Shown here: in pieces, positions 24,469 through 33,932 of the stretch | How the letters are laid out: each line of letters begins with the position of its first letter | Numbering within the stretch: position 1 is the stretch's first letter | Assembly: GCA_035534435.1 (NCBI GenBank) | Contig: DATLRX010000081.1 | Span: forward strand, 15,358-79,357 | Direction: 5' to 3' | Source: Candidatus Acidiferrales bacterium | GTDB lineage: Bacteria > Chloroflexota > Dormibacteria > Aeolococcales > Aeolococcaceae | Length of the DNA: 64,000 bases | Made by a program: the position numbers and the translations under genes | Notes under the pieces: generated by a model | What the model saw: the letters and a program-made list of their open reading frames with translations, nothing else | Told to the model about the DNA's origin: nothing | Databases searched by the model: none

Positions 24469-27144
24469 TTGCAATGGCGCAACTCGCCATACGATCGCGG
24501 CGGTGCAGTGCAAGGCGGAGATTTCAACGACGCGATGACGCCACTGGTGCATCGCCTTCGGGCTGGGTTCAGCCGGCGGACGCGTATCGAGCCGCGCCTG
24601 TGGCTCGTTGGCGCCCTTCTGGTGGCGGCCGGCATCGCGCTCTGGGTCGGCCACACCGCAGGACTGTCCTCGTTTCAGTCGCCGAGCTTCCCGTGGTGGG
24701 CATACGCTGCCGGCTTCTTCCTCGCGGCTCGCCTGGCCGCCATGGACAACCCGCGCCGGGGCACCCAGGCGATCACGATGGCGGCGGTGCCATTCGTCGT
24801 CGGGCTGTTCCACGCGACCCCGACGGATCTCCTCCTCGGCTACCTCGTGGGGACCGGCCTGTCGTCGGCAATGCGGAGACCGCTCGCGTTGTGGCAGACG
24901 GCGTTCGACCTGACCCGTTTCGTGGTCTTCGCCCAGATCGGCATCTGGGTCTTCCGCGTCATGGCGGGAAGCCCGAACCTTCCGGTGTGGCACAGCGCGA
25001 TAGCGGCCATCGCCGCGACCGTCATCACCGTGCTGCGTCGCGCCATCTCGGAGGCGGTCATCATCCACCCGCGCGATCGCAACTCGTGGATCGCAGTGGC
25101 CTACCACCTCGGCTCGGCATACGTGGCGGCGGTCACGTCGATGTGCATCGGCCTGATCGCCGTCCGCCTCATTCCCGTCGACCGTGCGGCGCTGGTCCCA
25201 CTGACGGTGGTCACGATCGCGGTCCTCATGACCCACCGGGCATGGGTACGGGAGCGGTACGACCACGAGGCCGCCGAGTTCCTGATCGGAGCCGTCGACG
25301 CGCTCGCCGGCCGCGACCTCGAGCCGTCGATCGTGCTGTTGCTCAACCGTGCCCGGGCCATCTATCACGCAGAGATCGCGCAACTCACGGTGTTCCCCTC
25401 GCAGGCCAACGAGAAAGCCTTTCGCACGACGGTCCGGCAGGGATTCCCGGACGAGGTGATGGTCCCGCTGGGGCTCGGCGAGCTCGACGACGTCCTGGAG
25501 GCGGAGACTGCCGGCGTCATCGTGCGCGCCGGCGGCCCCGACGACCCGAGCGCGCAGATGCTCGAGCGCCGCGGCGTTCGTGAGGCCATGGTCGCGCTGC
25601 TGCGCGGCGAGTCGCGAATGATCGGCAGCCTCATGGTCGGCGGCCACCTCGACGCGCGCGACTTCGACCAACGCGACCTCAAGCTGTTCCGCACGCTCGC
25701 CACGCGGACCACCGTGATCCTCGAGAACAGCCGCATGGAGCGGTCGATCGCGCGGCTCACGGAGCTCCAGGAACAGCTGACGCATCAGGCCTACCACGAC
25801 TCGCTCACCGACCTCGCCAACCGGACGCTGTTCGGACAGCACATCGACACCGCGCTGGCGCGAAGCGCCGAGGGCACCTCGAGCGTCGGGGTGATCTTCC
25901 TCGACATCGACGACTTCAAAGGCGTCAACGACACGCTCGGGCACGCCGCCGGCGACGCCCTGCTCGTCGAGGTCGCCGCGCGGATTCGCTCGTGTCTGCG
26001 CCGGCCCGACACCGCCGCCCGCCTCGGGGGTGACGAGTTCGCTGTCCTGATCGAGGGCGTCGGCGGTGTCATCGAAGCCGAGCACGTCGCGCGTCGTGTG
26101 CTCGAAACGCTTCGCCGGCCGTTCGTGCTCGGCGGCAACACGATCACCGTGCGCGCCTCGCTCGGCATCGCTGTTGCTGACAACGTTGCCGATAACGCGA
26201 CGAGCCTCATGCGCCATGCGGACGTCGCGATGTACGCGGCCAAGGGTTCCGGGCGCGACCGGTACATCGTGTTCGCGCCCGGGATGGAGAGCGACGTCGT
26301 GCACCGGCGCCAGCTGCGCGGTGAGCTCGAGCGCGCGATGGAGGAGGAGCAGTTCGTCCTCCACTACCAGCCCGTCGTCAACCTCATCACCGGCGAGATC
26401 TCCGCGGTGGAGGCGCTCGTTCGCTGGCGTCATCCAACGCGCGGCATCGTCGCGCCCGGCGAGTTCATCCATGTCGCCGAGGAGAGCCGGCTGATCCTGC
26501 CGCTCGGCGCGTTCGTCCTCCGCACCGCGTGCACGACCGCACTGCGCCTCCAGCGGGAGTGCCCGCAGGAGGGGCCGCTGTCGGTCTGCGTGAACGTCTC
26601 GGTGATCCAGCTCAACAGCGTCACGTTCGTCCAGGACGTGCTCGGCATCGTCGACGACGTCGGCCTCCCTCCCGAGACGCTGGTCCTCGAGCTCACCGAG
26701 TCGATGCTGCTCGAGGACGCCGCGATGGTCTCCGCCAAGCTGGAGGCACTGCGGCGCAAGGGCATCCGCATCGCCATCGACGACTTCGGAACCGGTTACT
26801 CGTCGTTGAGCTACCTGCGCCGCCTGCCGGTCGACATCCTCAAGATCGCCAAGCCGTTCGTCGACGACCTCGGGAGCGGCGCCGACGAGGACTTCACCCG
26901 CGCCATCGTCAGCCTCGCCGAGGCCCTGCAGGTGCAGGTCATCGCGGAGGGCATCGAGGCGCCTGCCCAGGTGGCCCGGCTGCTCCAGCTCGGATGCCTT
27001 TCGGGACAGGGCAACCATCTCTGTCACCCGCTTCCGGAGAGCGAGATCGAGCAACTCCTTCGCAACGGCGGCATCGATCGCACGCGGCTCAAGTCCGAGC
27101 CCGTCGCCGCAGGCTACCTGCTGCCGCTCCGGTTGAGCCGCTGA
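24469..27144 (+). CDS. Polytopic membrane sensor, GAF-GGDEF-EAL (diguanylate cyclase/phosphodiesterase)
   Basis: About 8 N-terminal TM helices, then a GAF-like region. GGDEF domain with an I-site (RRPDTAARLGGDEFAVL). EAL domain (EALVRWRHP, DDFGTGYSSLSYL, EGIEAPAQ). The start could be TTG 24469, GTG 24508 or ATG 24535. Confidence 0.93.
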   Translation: MQWRNSPYDRGGAVQGGDFNDAMTPLVHRLRAGFSRRTRIEPRLWLVGALLVAAGIALWVGHTAGLSSFQSPSFPWWAYAAGFFLAARLAAMDNPRRGTQAITMAAVPFVVGLFHATPTDLLLGYLVGTGLSSAMRRPLALWQTAFDLTRFVVFAQIGIWVFRVMAGSPNLPVWHSAIAAIAATVITVLRRAISEAVIIHPRDRNSWIAVAYHLGSAYVAAVTSMCIGLIAVRLIPVDRAALVPLTVVTIAVLMTHRAWVRERYDHEAAEFLIGAVDALAGRDLEPSIVLLLNRARAIYHAEIAQLTVFPSQANEKAFRTTVRQGFPDEVMVPLGLGELDDVLEAETAGVIVRAGGPDDPSAQMLERRGVREAMVALLRGESRMIGSLMVGGHLDARDFDQRDLKLFRTLATRTTVILENSRMERSIARLTELQEQLTHQAYHDSLTDLANRTLFGQHIDTALARSAEGTSSVGVIFLDIDDFKGVNDTLGHAAGDALLVEVAARIRSCLRRPDTAARLGGDEFAVLIEGVGGVIEAEHVARRVLETLRRPFVLGGNTITVRASLGIAVADNVADNATSLMRHADVAMYAAKGSGRDRYIVFAPGMESDVVHRRQLRGELERAMEEEQFVLHYQPVVNLITGEISAVEALVRWRHPTRGIVAPGEFIHVAEESRLILPLGAFVLRTACTTALRLQRECPQEGPLSVCVNVSVIQLNSVTFVQDVLGIVDDVGLPPETLVLELTESMLLEDAAMVSAKLEALRRKGIRIAIDDFGTGYSSLSYLRRLPVDILKIAKPFVDDLGSGADEDFTRAIVSLAEALQVQVIAEGIEAPAQVARLLQLGCLSGQGNHLCHPLPESEIEQLLRNGGIDRTRLKSEPVAAGYLLPLRLSR

Positions 27145-29162
27145 TGGGAACGACGGTGCTCGCCGTGCTTGCCGTCGCGGTCATCGCCATCGGCATCGGT
27201 GCGGTCGCATGGGTGACGGTGCATCGCGAGCTGGCGAGCGCCGGCTTCCTGCACAACGCGAGCGTGGGCCTGCTCGAGGCGCGCGACCTCGAGGCCGCTT
27301 CGGTCGACCTCCTCCGTCGAGCGACGTCGAAGTTCGGCGCCGAGTGCGCCGAGCTGACCCTCATCCCAGAGCAGGGAAGTCCGGCCGCCTTCAGGACAAC
27401 GCTGCGCGGCTCCGAGCCGGTGGACGTCATGCGCGCCGTCGACCTCGAGGACGACGGGACCGCCGCGCTGTCGCCGCCCATCTTCGGAGTCGTCCATCTC
27501 GCATCCGCGGCGGCGGATCCCTGGGTCTCCCGCCTGACGATGCGGCTCGGCATCACCGGCGGCCTCGCCGTGTCGCTGCGCGTCGACGGGCTCACGATCG
27601 GATACCTCGCGCTCGGCATCAGCCGGCTCGACCGGCCGTCGGCCCGCGCCGACGACCAGACACTTCAGGAGCTGGCGAACGTCGCGGCCTTGACGATCGA
27701 GCGGAGCCGGCTGCACGACGCGCTCCTCCGGCTCACCGCACTGCAGAACGAGCTTGCCGACCGTGCCTTCCACGACCCGCTCACCCATCTCGCCAACCCC
27801 GCGCTGTTCATGGACCGGATGGAGCGCGCGCTGCTCGAGCGTGACCCGGAGCGCCACCTCGTGAGCGTCATCGCCGTCGACCTCGTCGACTTTCGCAGGA
27901 TCAACGCCAGGCACGGCCACGCGGGTGGGGACGCCGTCCTGATCGAGGTCGGTCGCCGCTTGCGAGAATGTCTCCGCCGCACCGACACCGCGGCCCGCCT
28001 CGGAGGCGACGAGTTCGCACTGCTGCTGCCCGAGGTCATCCACCCGCGTGAGGCGGAGCTGATCGCACAGCGTGTCGTGGAGGCGCTCGCCGTCCCCGTC
28101 GAGGTCAACGGCAGCCGTCTGTCCGTCAGTGCGTCGGTCGGTCTCGCCTCGGCGAACAGCGCCGACATCCCCGCAGCGACCCTCCTCCGCAATGCCACCG
28201 ACGCCGCCCGCGAGGCCCGGGATAGAGGTGCGACGGGCTTCCGGGCCCACGGTGGCATCATCGCCGGTCCGGTCGATTCGGATCTTCCCGGGGAGCTGCA
28301 GGCAGCGCTCGACAACGGGGAGTTCGTTGTCCACTACCAGCCGATCGTCGAGCTCAAGACCGGCCGCATCCTGGGCGCCGAGGCGCTGGTGCGGTGGCAG
28401 CACCCGGTCCGGGGACTGCTCGCGCCGATCGATTTCCTCTCCGTCGCCGTCGAATGCAACCTCGCCGAGAAGATCGAGGAGTTCGTGCTGCGGAGGGCGT
28501 GCCAGCAGCTCCGTCGCTGGCAGAACGCCTACCCTGCGACACCCGAGCTGGCGATCTCCGTCAACGTTTCGGCGGGCGCACTCGGAAAGCGTGAGCTCGT
28601 CCAGCGCGTCGCCAGGTGCCTGGAGGAGGTGCAGGTGGATCCCGCCTGCCTCATCCTCGAGGTGACCGAGAACGTCGTCCTCCAGGACCTCCACGGCACC
28701 ATCGCCGCCTTCGATGCCCTGCAGCGCGCCGGGGTGCACGTGGCGATCGACAACGTCGGCACCGGCTACACGTCGCTTGCGTACCTCCGGCGCCTGCCGA
28801 TCGACATCCTCAAGATCGCGCGGCCGCTCGTCGCCGAGCTGGGGGATCCGAGCTCGAGCGGGGAGCTCGCCGCCACCGTCGTCCGCCACGGCGAGGCGCT
28901 GCGTCTCGCTCTGGTTGCCGAAGGTGTCGAGACGCCCCTGCAGGTCGAGCGCCTCAACGCGCTCGGTTGCAGCATGGCGCAGGGGTTCCACCTCGCCCGC
29001 CCATGCGACGTGGAGGCGATGGAGACACTGCTCGCGCGTGGCGGCCTCGATCCCGCGCAGTTCATGCGCACGGCACCACTGGCGCGCTCGATTCCTCGCC
29101 AGAAGGCACCTCGACCGCGGCGCGTACCCTCGACGCGTGCAGCAGCGCGAAACCCTGCGTGA
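27144..29162 (+). CDS. Single-TM GAF-GGDEF-EAL protein (tandem paralog)
   Basis: ATG 27144 overlaps the upstream stop by 1 nt (TGATG). One N-terminal TM helix and a GAF-like region. RRTDTAARLGGDEFALL, EALVRWQHP, but DNVGTGYTSLAYL in place of DDFGTGYSSL. Confidence 0.93.
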   Translation: MGTTVLAVLAVAVIAIGIGAVAWVTVHRELASAGFLHNASVGLLEARDLEAASVDLLRRATSKFGAECAELTLIPEQGSPAAFRTTLRGSEPVDVMRAVDLEDDGTAALSPPIFGVVHLASAAADPWVSRLTMRLGITGGLAVSLRVDGLTIGYLALGISRLDRPSARADDQTLQELANVAALTIERSRLHDALLRLTALQNELADRAFHDPLTHLANPALFMDRMERALLERDPERHLVSVIAVDLVDFRRINARHGHAGGDAVLIEVGRRLRECLRRTDTAARLGGDEFALLLPEVIHPREAELIAQRVVEALAVPVEVNGSRLSVSASVGLASANSADIPAATLLRNATDAAREARDRGATGFRAHGGIIAGPVDSDLPGELQAALDNGEFVVHYQPIVELKTGRILGAEALVRWQHPVRGLLAPIDFLSVAVECNLAEKIEEFVLRRACQQLRRWQNAYPATPELAISVNVSAGALGKRELVQRVARCLEEVQVDPACLILEVTENVVLQDLHGTIAAFDALQRAGVHVAIDNVGTGYTSLAYLRRLPIDILKIARPLVAELGDPSSSGELAATVVRHGEALRLALVAEGVETPLQVERLNALGCSMAQGFHLARPCDVEAMETLLARGGLDPAQFMRTAPLARSIPRQKAPRPRRVPSTRAAARNPA

Positions 29163-29916
29163 GCTCGCCGTGGCCGCGGCCGCCTCGGCAGCCGCATTCG
29201 TCGTCCGGGCCCACGCCGGCACGGGTCCGCTGACGGCGGAGGTCAAGAGCCCAGGCGACTATGTGACCGAGGTCGATCGCGCGGCGGAGCAGGCCGCGAT
29301 CGAGGTGCTGCGCGCGGGAGCCCCGGACATCTCGATCCTCGCGGAGGAGGCGGGCGGGCTCCGCTCGGAGCGCATGTGGGTGGTCGACCCCATCGACGGC
29401 ACGACCAATTTCCTGCGCGGCTTCCCCGTCGTCGGGGTGAGCGTCGCGCTCGTCGAGGCGGGCCAACCCGTGGTCGGAGCGGTGAACGCGCCGCTTCTCG
29501 GCGCGTCGTGGAGCGCGGCTGCGGGTCAGGGAGCCACCGATGATCGCGGCCGGCGGCTCTCTGTTTCGACGCATCCGGGGGCCGGCATCGTCGCCACCGG
29601 GTTCCCGTTCCGGCGCAAGGAGCGCCTGCCGCGCTATCTCGGCGTCCTCGAGCAGGCGCTGGCCCGGTTCGAGGACCTGCGCCGGGCCGGTGCGGCGAGC
29701 CTCGACCTCGCCTACGTTGCCGCCGGGGTCTTCGACGGCTTCTTCGAGCTCGGTCTCGGGATCTGGGACATCGCCGCGGGAGCGTTGCTCGTGCGTGAGG
29801 CGGGCGGTGTCGTGACCGATTGGGCCGGCAACGCGGACGCCGCGTTCGTCAGCGGCGACATCCTCGCCGGCACCCCGGCCTGGCACTCGGCGATGCTCGA
29901 GATCGTCGGCTCGTAA
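29137..29916 (+). CDS. Inositol monophosphatase family protein (SuhB/ImpA-like)
   Basis: GTG 29137 within ORF 28714..29916. Motifs: ILAEE, WVVDPIDGTTNF, WDIAAG. Confidence 0.88.
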   Translation: MQQRETLRELAVAAAASAAAFVVRAHAGTGPLTAEVKSPGDYVTEVDRAAEQAAIEVLRAGAPDISILAEEAGGLRSERMWVVDPIDGTTNFLRGFPVVGVSVALVEAGQPVVGAVNAPLLGASWSAAAGQGATDDRGRRLSVSTHPGAGIVATGFPFRRKERLPRYLGVLEQALARFEDLRRAGAASLDLAYVAAGVFDGFFELGLGIWDIAAGALLVREAGGVVTDWAGNADAAFVSGDILAGTPAWHSAMLEIVGS

Positions 29917-29989
29917 CTGCGTCGACCCTCGGGCGCCTTATGCCCTGACGACACTCATCCCTCTCGGAGGCTTATAAGGTACGTCGGTT

Positions 29990-30817
29990 GTGAGTAGCCC
30001 AGGAATCAAATCGACCACCGACCTGCTGCGCGGGAAACGCATCCTCGTCACCGGGGTCCTGACCCCGAAGAGCATCGCGTTCGCGATCGCCGCCGCCTGC
30101 CAGGGCGCCGGGGCGCAGGTGGTGCTCACCTCGTTCGGACGGGCAATGAGCCTCACCCAGCGCAGCGCGAGCCGGCTCGACCCGGTGCCTGAGGTCCTCG
30201 AGCTGGACGTCACGGACGTCGCCCAGGCGCAGGCCGTCGCCGACCACATCCGCGGCACGCTCGGTGGCATCGACGGCGTCGTCCACGCGATCGGGTTCGC
30301 TCCCGAGGACTGCCTCGGCGGCGGCTTCCTCGACGCGCCGTGGAGCTCTGTGGCGACGGCCTTCCACGTCAGCAGCTACTCGCTGCGAACGCTGGCCGCC
30401 GCATTTTCGCCATTGATGCCAGCAACCGGCGGCTCCATCGTCGCGCTCACGTTCGACGCGCGCATCGCCTGGCCGCTCTACGACTGGATGGGCCCGGCAA
30501 AGGCGGCGCTCGAGTCGATCGCGCGGTATCTGGCGCGCGAGCTCGGCCCCGGAAAGATCCGGGTCAACACCATCGCCGCCGGTCCCCTGGAGACGATCGC
30601 CGCGCGCTCGATCCCGGGATTCGAGGTGCTGAAATCGTCATGGGGCATGCAGGCGCCGCTCGGCTGGGACAGCGCCGACAGCGGTCCGGTCGCGGACGTC
30701 ACGGCCTTTCTGCTGAGCGATCTCTCGCGGGCGATCACCGGCGAGATGATCCATGTCGACGGCGGCTATCACTCCCAGGGAGCGCAACTGATCCCGCAGG
30801 CAGAGGTGAACAAATGA
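29990..30817 (+). CDS. fabI: Enoyl-[acyl-carrier-protein] reductase [NADH], InhA/FabI type
   Basis: 275 aa (GKRILVTGVLTPKSIAF, HAIGFAP, YDWMGPAKAALES, IRVNTIAAGP). Confidence 0.9.
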   Translation: MSSPGIKSTTDLLRGKRILVTGVLTPKSIAFAIAAACQGAGAQVVLTSFGRAMSLTQRSASRLDPVPEVLELDVTDVAQAQAVADHIRGTLGGIDGVVHAIGFAPEDCLGGGFLDAPWSSVATAFHVSSYSLRTLAAAFSPLMPATGGSIVALTFDARIAWPLYDWMGPAKAALESIARYLARELGPGKIRVNTIAAGPLETIAARSIPGFEVLKSSWGMQAPLGWDSADSGPVADVTAFLLSDLSRAITGEMIHVDGGYHSQGAQLIPQAEVNK

Positions 30818-32079
30818 GCAGCACGAACGGAAACGGCGGCGGACCTCGCGTCGCCATCACGGGCATCGGCGCGGTGACGCCCCTCGGGCTGGACGCCGAG
30901 TCCACGTGGCAGTCGTGCCGCCGCGGCAGGGGCGGGATCGGGCCGATCACGGCGTTCGACGCCTCGCACCTCACGACGCAGATCGCCGGCCAGGTCAAGG
31001 GTTTCGACCCCGAGGCGGTCCTCGGCAAGAAGGAAGCCCGCCGCATGAGTCGCTGCACGCAGCTCGCGGTGTTCGCCGCGCGTCAGGCGATCGAGGACTC
31101 CGGCCTGGACATCAGGTCGATGGCCGAGGACGTGGGCGTGCTCGTCGCATCCGGTGTCGGTGGCATCGAGGTGATCGAGCGCAACGTCCTGGCGCTGTAC
31201 AACCAGGGTCCGCGTCGCGTCTCGCCGTTCACGGTGCCGTCGATGATCATCGACATGCCCGCCGGCGCCATCGCCATCGAGTGCGGCGCGAAAGGCGTGA
31301 ACTACGCCATCGTCAGTGCATGCGCGTCGTCCGGCCATGCCATCGGTGAGGCCGCCGAGTGGATCCGGCGCGGCGAGGCGACCGCGATCATCACCGGCGG
31401 GACCGAGGCATCCATCACCAACATCAGCGTCGCGGCCTTCGACGCCATGCAGGCACTGTCCACGCGAAACGACGAGCCGGAACGCGCCTCGCGACCGTTC
31501 GACAAGGACCGGGACGGCTTCGTGATGGGCGAGGGCGCGGGCATGTTCGTGCTCGAGGACTGGGGTCACGCCGTCGCGCGTGGCGCGCGCATCTACGGCG
31601 AGGTGGCGGGGTACGGCGCAACCGCGGACGCGTACCACATCACCCAGCCCGATGAGCAGGGCGACGGCGCGCGTCGCTGCATCCTGCGCTCGCTCAAACG
31701 CGCGGGCCGCGGACCCGACGAGGTCGACTACATCAACGCGCACGGCACGTCCACGCAGATGAACGACGCCGCCGAGACCAAGGCGGTCAAGGCCGCGCTC
31801 GGCGAGGTCGCGGGAACGATCCCGATGTCCTCGACCAAGTCGATGCACGGGCATCTGCTCGGGGCGGCCGGTGCGGTGGAGGCGGTCATCACCGTTCTTG
31901 CCATTCGTGACCAGTTCGTGCCACCGACGATCAACCTCGACGAGCCGGATCCGGAGTGCGACCTCGACTACGTTCCGAATCACGGGCGCGACGCGCGCAT
32001 CGACTTCGCGCTCAGCACGTCGTATGGATTTGGCGGGCACAACGTGTGCCTGGCGCTGGCCCGCGCGGATGGAGCCTGA
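30814..32079 (+). CDS. fabF: 3-oxoacyl-[acyl-carrier-protein] synthase II
   Basis: ATG 30814 (ATGA overlap with fabI). RVAITGIGAVTPLG, active-site region VSACASSGHAIG, INAHGTSTQMND, STKSMHGHLLGAAG, NSFGFGGHN-like SYGFGGHN. Confidence 0.95.
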   Translation: MSSTNGNGGGPRVAITGIGAVTPLGLDAESTWQSCRRGRGGIGPITAFDASHLTTQIAGQVKGFDPEAVLGKKEARRMSRCTQLAVFAARQAIEDSGLDIRSMAEDVGVLVASGVGGIEVIERNVLALYNQGPRRVSPFTVPSMIIDMPAGAIAIECGAKGVNYAIVSACASSGHAIGEAAEWIRRGEATAIITGGTEASITNISVAAFDAMQALSTRNDEPERASRPFDKDRDGFVMGEGAGMFVLEDWGHAVARGARIYGEVAGYGATADAYHITQPDEQGDGARRCILRSLKRAGRGPDEVDYINAHGTSTQMNDAAETKAVKAALGEVAGTIPMSSTKSMHGHLLGAAGAVEAVITVLAIRDQFVPPTINLDEPDPECDLDYVPNHGRDARIDFALSTSYGFGGHNVCLALARADGA

Positions 32080-32608
32080 CGGGCTCGTTCGCAGTGCCGG
32101 TTCAGGGCGCATCACGCTGCGTCGCGCCGACATCACGACGCTGCGCGTCGACGCCATCGTCAATGCGGCGAACAGCGCACTGGTCCGCGGTGGTGGCGTT
32201 GATGGGGCGATCCACCGGGCTGCCGGCCCCGAGCTGAGCCGCGAGCTCGGGGAGCACTCCAGAGGGTGTGCGACCGGGTCCGCCGTGATCACGGGCGCCG
32301 GCCGCCTCGGCGCCCGCTACGTCATCCACGCGGTCGGGCCCCGCTGGCGCGACGGGGCGCACGACGAGCAGGCCCTGCTCGCGTCGGCATATCGGTCCGC
32401 CTTCGCGCTTGCGGCCGGACATGGCTGCGTCACGGTGGCCGTGCCCTCGATCAGCACCGGGATCTACGGCTTCCCGATCGAGCGCGCGGCGCCGATCGCC
32501 GTCGAGGAGGCGAGGGCGGCGCTGACGGAGGACGGGACGTCCCTGCGGGAGATCATGTTCGCGCTGTTCTCCCCGTCCGATCTCGAGGTCTTCGCGAGGG
32601 TCCTGTGA
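32069..32608 (+). CDS. Macro-domain protein (O-acetyl-ADP-ribose deacetylase / ADP-ribose binding, YmdB-like)
   Basis: ATG 32069, 11-nt overlap with fabF. DAIVNAANSALVRGGGVDGAIHRAAG, VIHAVGP, SISTGIYGFP. Confidence 0.9.
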   Translation: MEPDGLVRSAGSGRITLRRADITTLRVDAIVNAANSALVRGGGVDGAIHRAAGPELSRELGEHSRGCATGSAVITGAGRLGARYVIHAVGPRWRDGAHDEQALLASAYRSAFALAAGHGCVTVAVPSISTGIYGFPIERAAPIAVEEARAALTEDGTSLREIMFALFSPSDLEVFARVL

Positions 32609-32659
32609 CGCCACCTTGACGGTCGCGTGGGCGATCTGGTCATAGAGTGAGCAGGGCCA

Positions 32660-33913
32660 GTGCCAGTGCGCCCGCGGTGGTTCGCCGCCGCCCTCATCAC
32701 CGTCGCCTCGATCGTCCTCGCGCACTACGCGCAGGTCTGGACGGTCGTGCCCTCCTCGCTGGCCCCGACGAGCGACTTCGCCGGGACGTACGTGGCCGCG
32801 ACGCTCGTCCGGACCGGGCACGCAGCTCAGATGTACGACCCGGCGGCGGAGCAACGAGCCCTCGTCGAGAGTGGTGCGCCGTCGGGGCACGACGACATCC
32901 CGTTCGAGAACCCGCCGGGAGCCGCCGTGGTGGCGCTGCCGTTCAGCCTGCTCGGCGCGGGGGCGGCATGGCGGGCCTGGTCGGTCCTGCAGCTCATGCT
33001 CATCGTCGTGTCGCTCTGGCTGGCGGCTCGGGCGGCGCCCTGGCCCGCCACGATGTCCCGGCTTCCCAAGGTCGCGATCGCGCTCATCGCTCTGGGAGGA
33101 TTCGGCACGGGGCTCGTGCTCCTCGAAGGCCAGTGGGACGGCGTTTCCGTTCTGGGCCTGGCGATTGCCTCTGTCGCGTGGCGTCGCGGCAGACCGGGCG
33201 CCGCGGGCTTCGCGCTCGGGTTCACGGCGGCGATCGCCAAACCGCAGCTCGTGATCGGCATCGGTGCCTACATGCTCGGCCGCCGTGACTGGCGCGGGAT
33301 CGCCGGCGCGCTTGCCGGCGCGGCGGTCACGGTGCTCATCGGGTTGCTCGCAGACGGCCCGCACGGGCTGGTCTCGTTCGTCTCGGCGATCGCGACGCCG
33401 CACGACTCACCGACGGCGGAGATGCAGGGCAGCAGCGGGCTCTTCGGTTCGCTGCTGGGCCAGGCGCCGGGTGTCTTTCTTCTCTCGATCGGGGCGGGCC
33501 TGGTCGCAGCCATCGGCGCGGGCTGGATCGGAGCGATCACGCGGCGTCGTGCCGATCTCTTCGAACCCTCACTCTGCGCTGCCGTGGCACTCTCGCTCTT
33601 CGCGTCCCCGCATCTCCTCGGCCATGACCTCACCCTGCTCGCTCCGGTGCTGATCGGCGGCCTCGCATGGCTGGCTGGTCGACCAACCGAGGCGGTGTGG
33701 CCTGGCCCAGGCACGCTCGCCGTCATCGCCGGATGGGCGCTCCTTTCCGTGGCGACGATGAGCGACCTGGCCCAGAACACCGTCGGACCCCCCGGCCGCG
33801 CGACCCCATGGGCGCTCCTGCTCGTGGCCACAACCTGGTGCGCGTTGACCGTCACCTCGCTGTCCGCGGGCGCGGCCCGGCCTGCACGAGAACGTCGATC
33901 CGCCGTAGCGTAG
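32660..33913 (+). CDS. Polytopic membrane protein, DUF2029 / GT87-like glycosyltransferase candidate
   Basis: 417 aa with at least 9 hydrophobic spans. The loop motif (FENPPGAAVVALPF) and general layout resemble DUF2029 mannosyltransferase-like proteins. The family call is tentative. Confidence 0.6.
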   Translation: MPVRPRWFAAALITVASIVLAHYAQVWTVVPSSLAPTSDFAGTYVAATLVRTGHAAQMYDPAAEQRALVESGAPSGHDDIPFENPPGAAVVALPFSLLGAGAAWRAWSVLQLMLIVVSLWLAARAAPWPATMSRLPKVAIALIALGGFGTGLVLLEGQWDGVSVLGLAIASVAWRRGRPGAAGFALGFTAAIAKPQLVIGIGAYMLGRRDWRGIAGALAGAAVTVLIGLLADGPHGLVSFVSAIATPHDSPTAEMQGSSGLFGSLLGQAPGVFLLSIGAGLVAAIGAGWIGAITRRRADLFEPSLCAAVALSLFASPHLLGHDLTLLAPVLIGGLAWLAGRPTEAVWPGPGTLAVIAGWALLSVATMSDLAQNTVGPPGRATPWALLLVATTWCALTVTSLSAGAARPARERRSAVA

Positions 33914-33932
33914 TAGTTGATCTGACGCGCAC

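Noticed and set aside
24181-29246. 957-aa and 710-aa minus-strand ORFs opposite the two GGDEF-EAL genes
   Set aside because: The plus-strand frames carry unambiguous GAF, GGDEF and EAL motifs. The minus-strand products are low-complexity and motif-free shadow ORFs.
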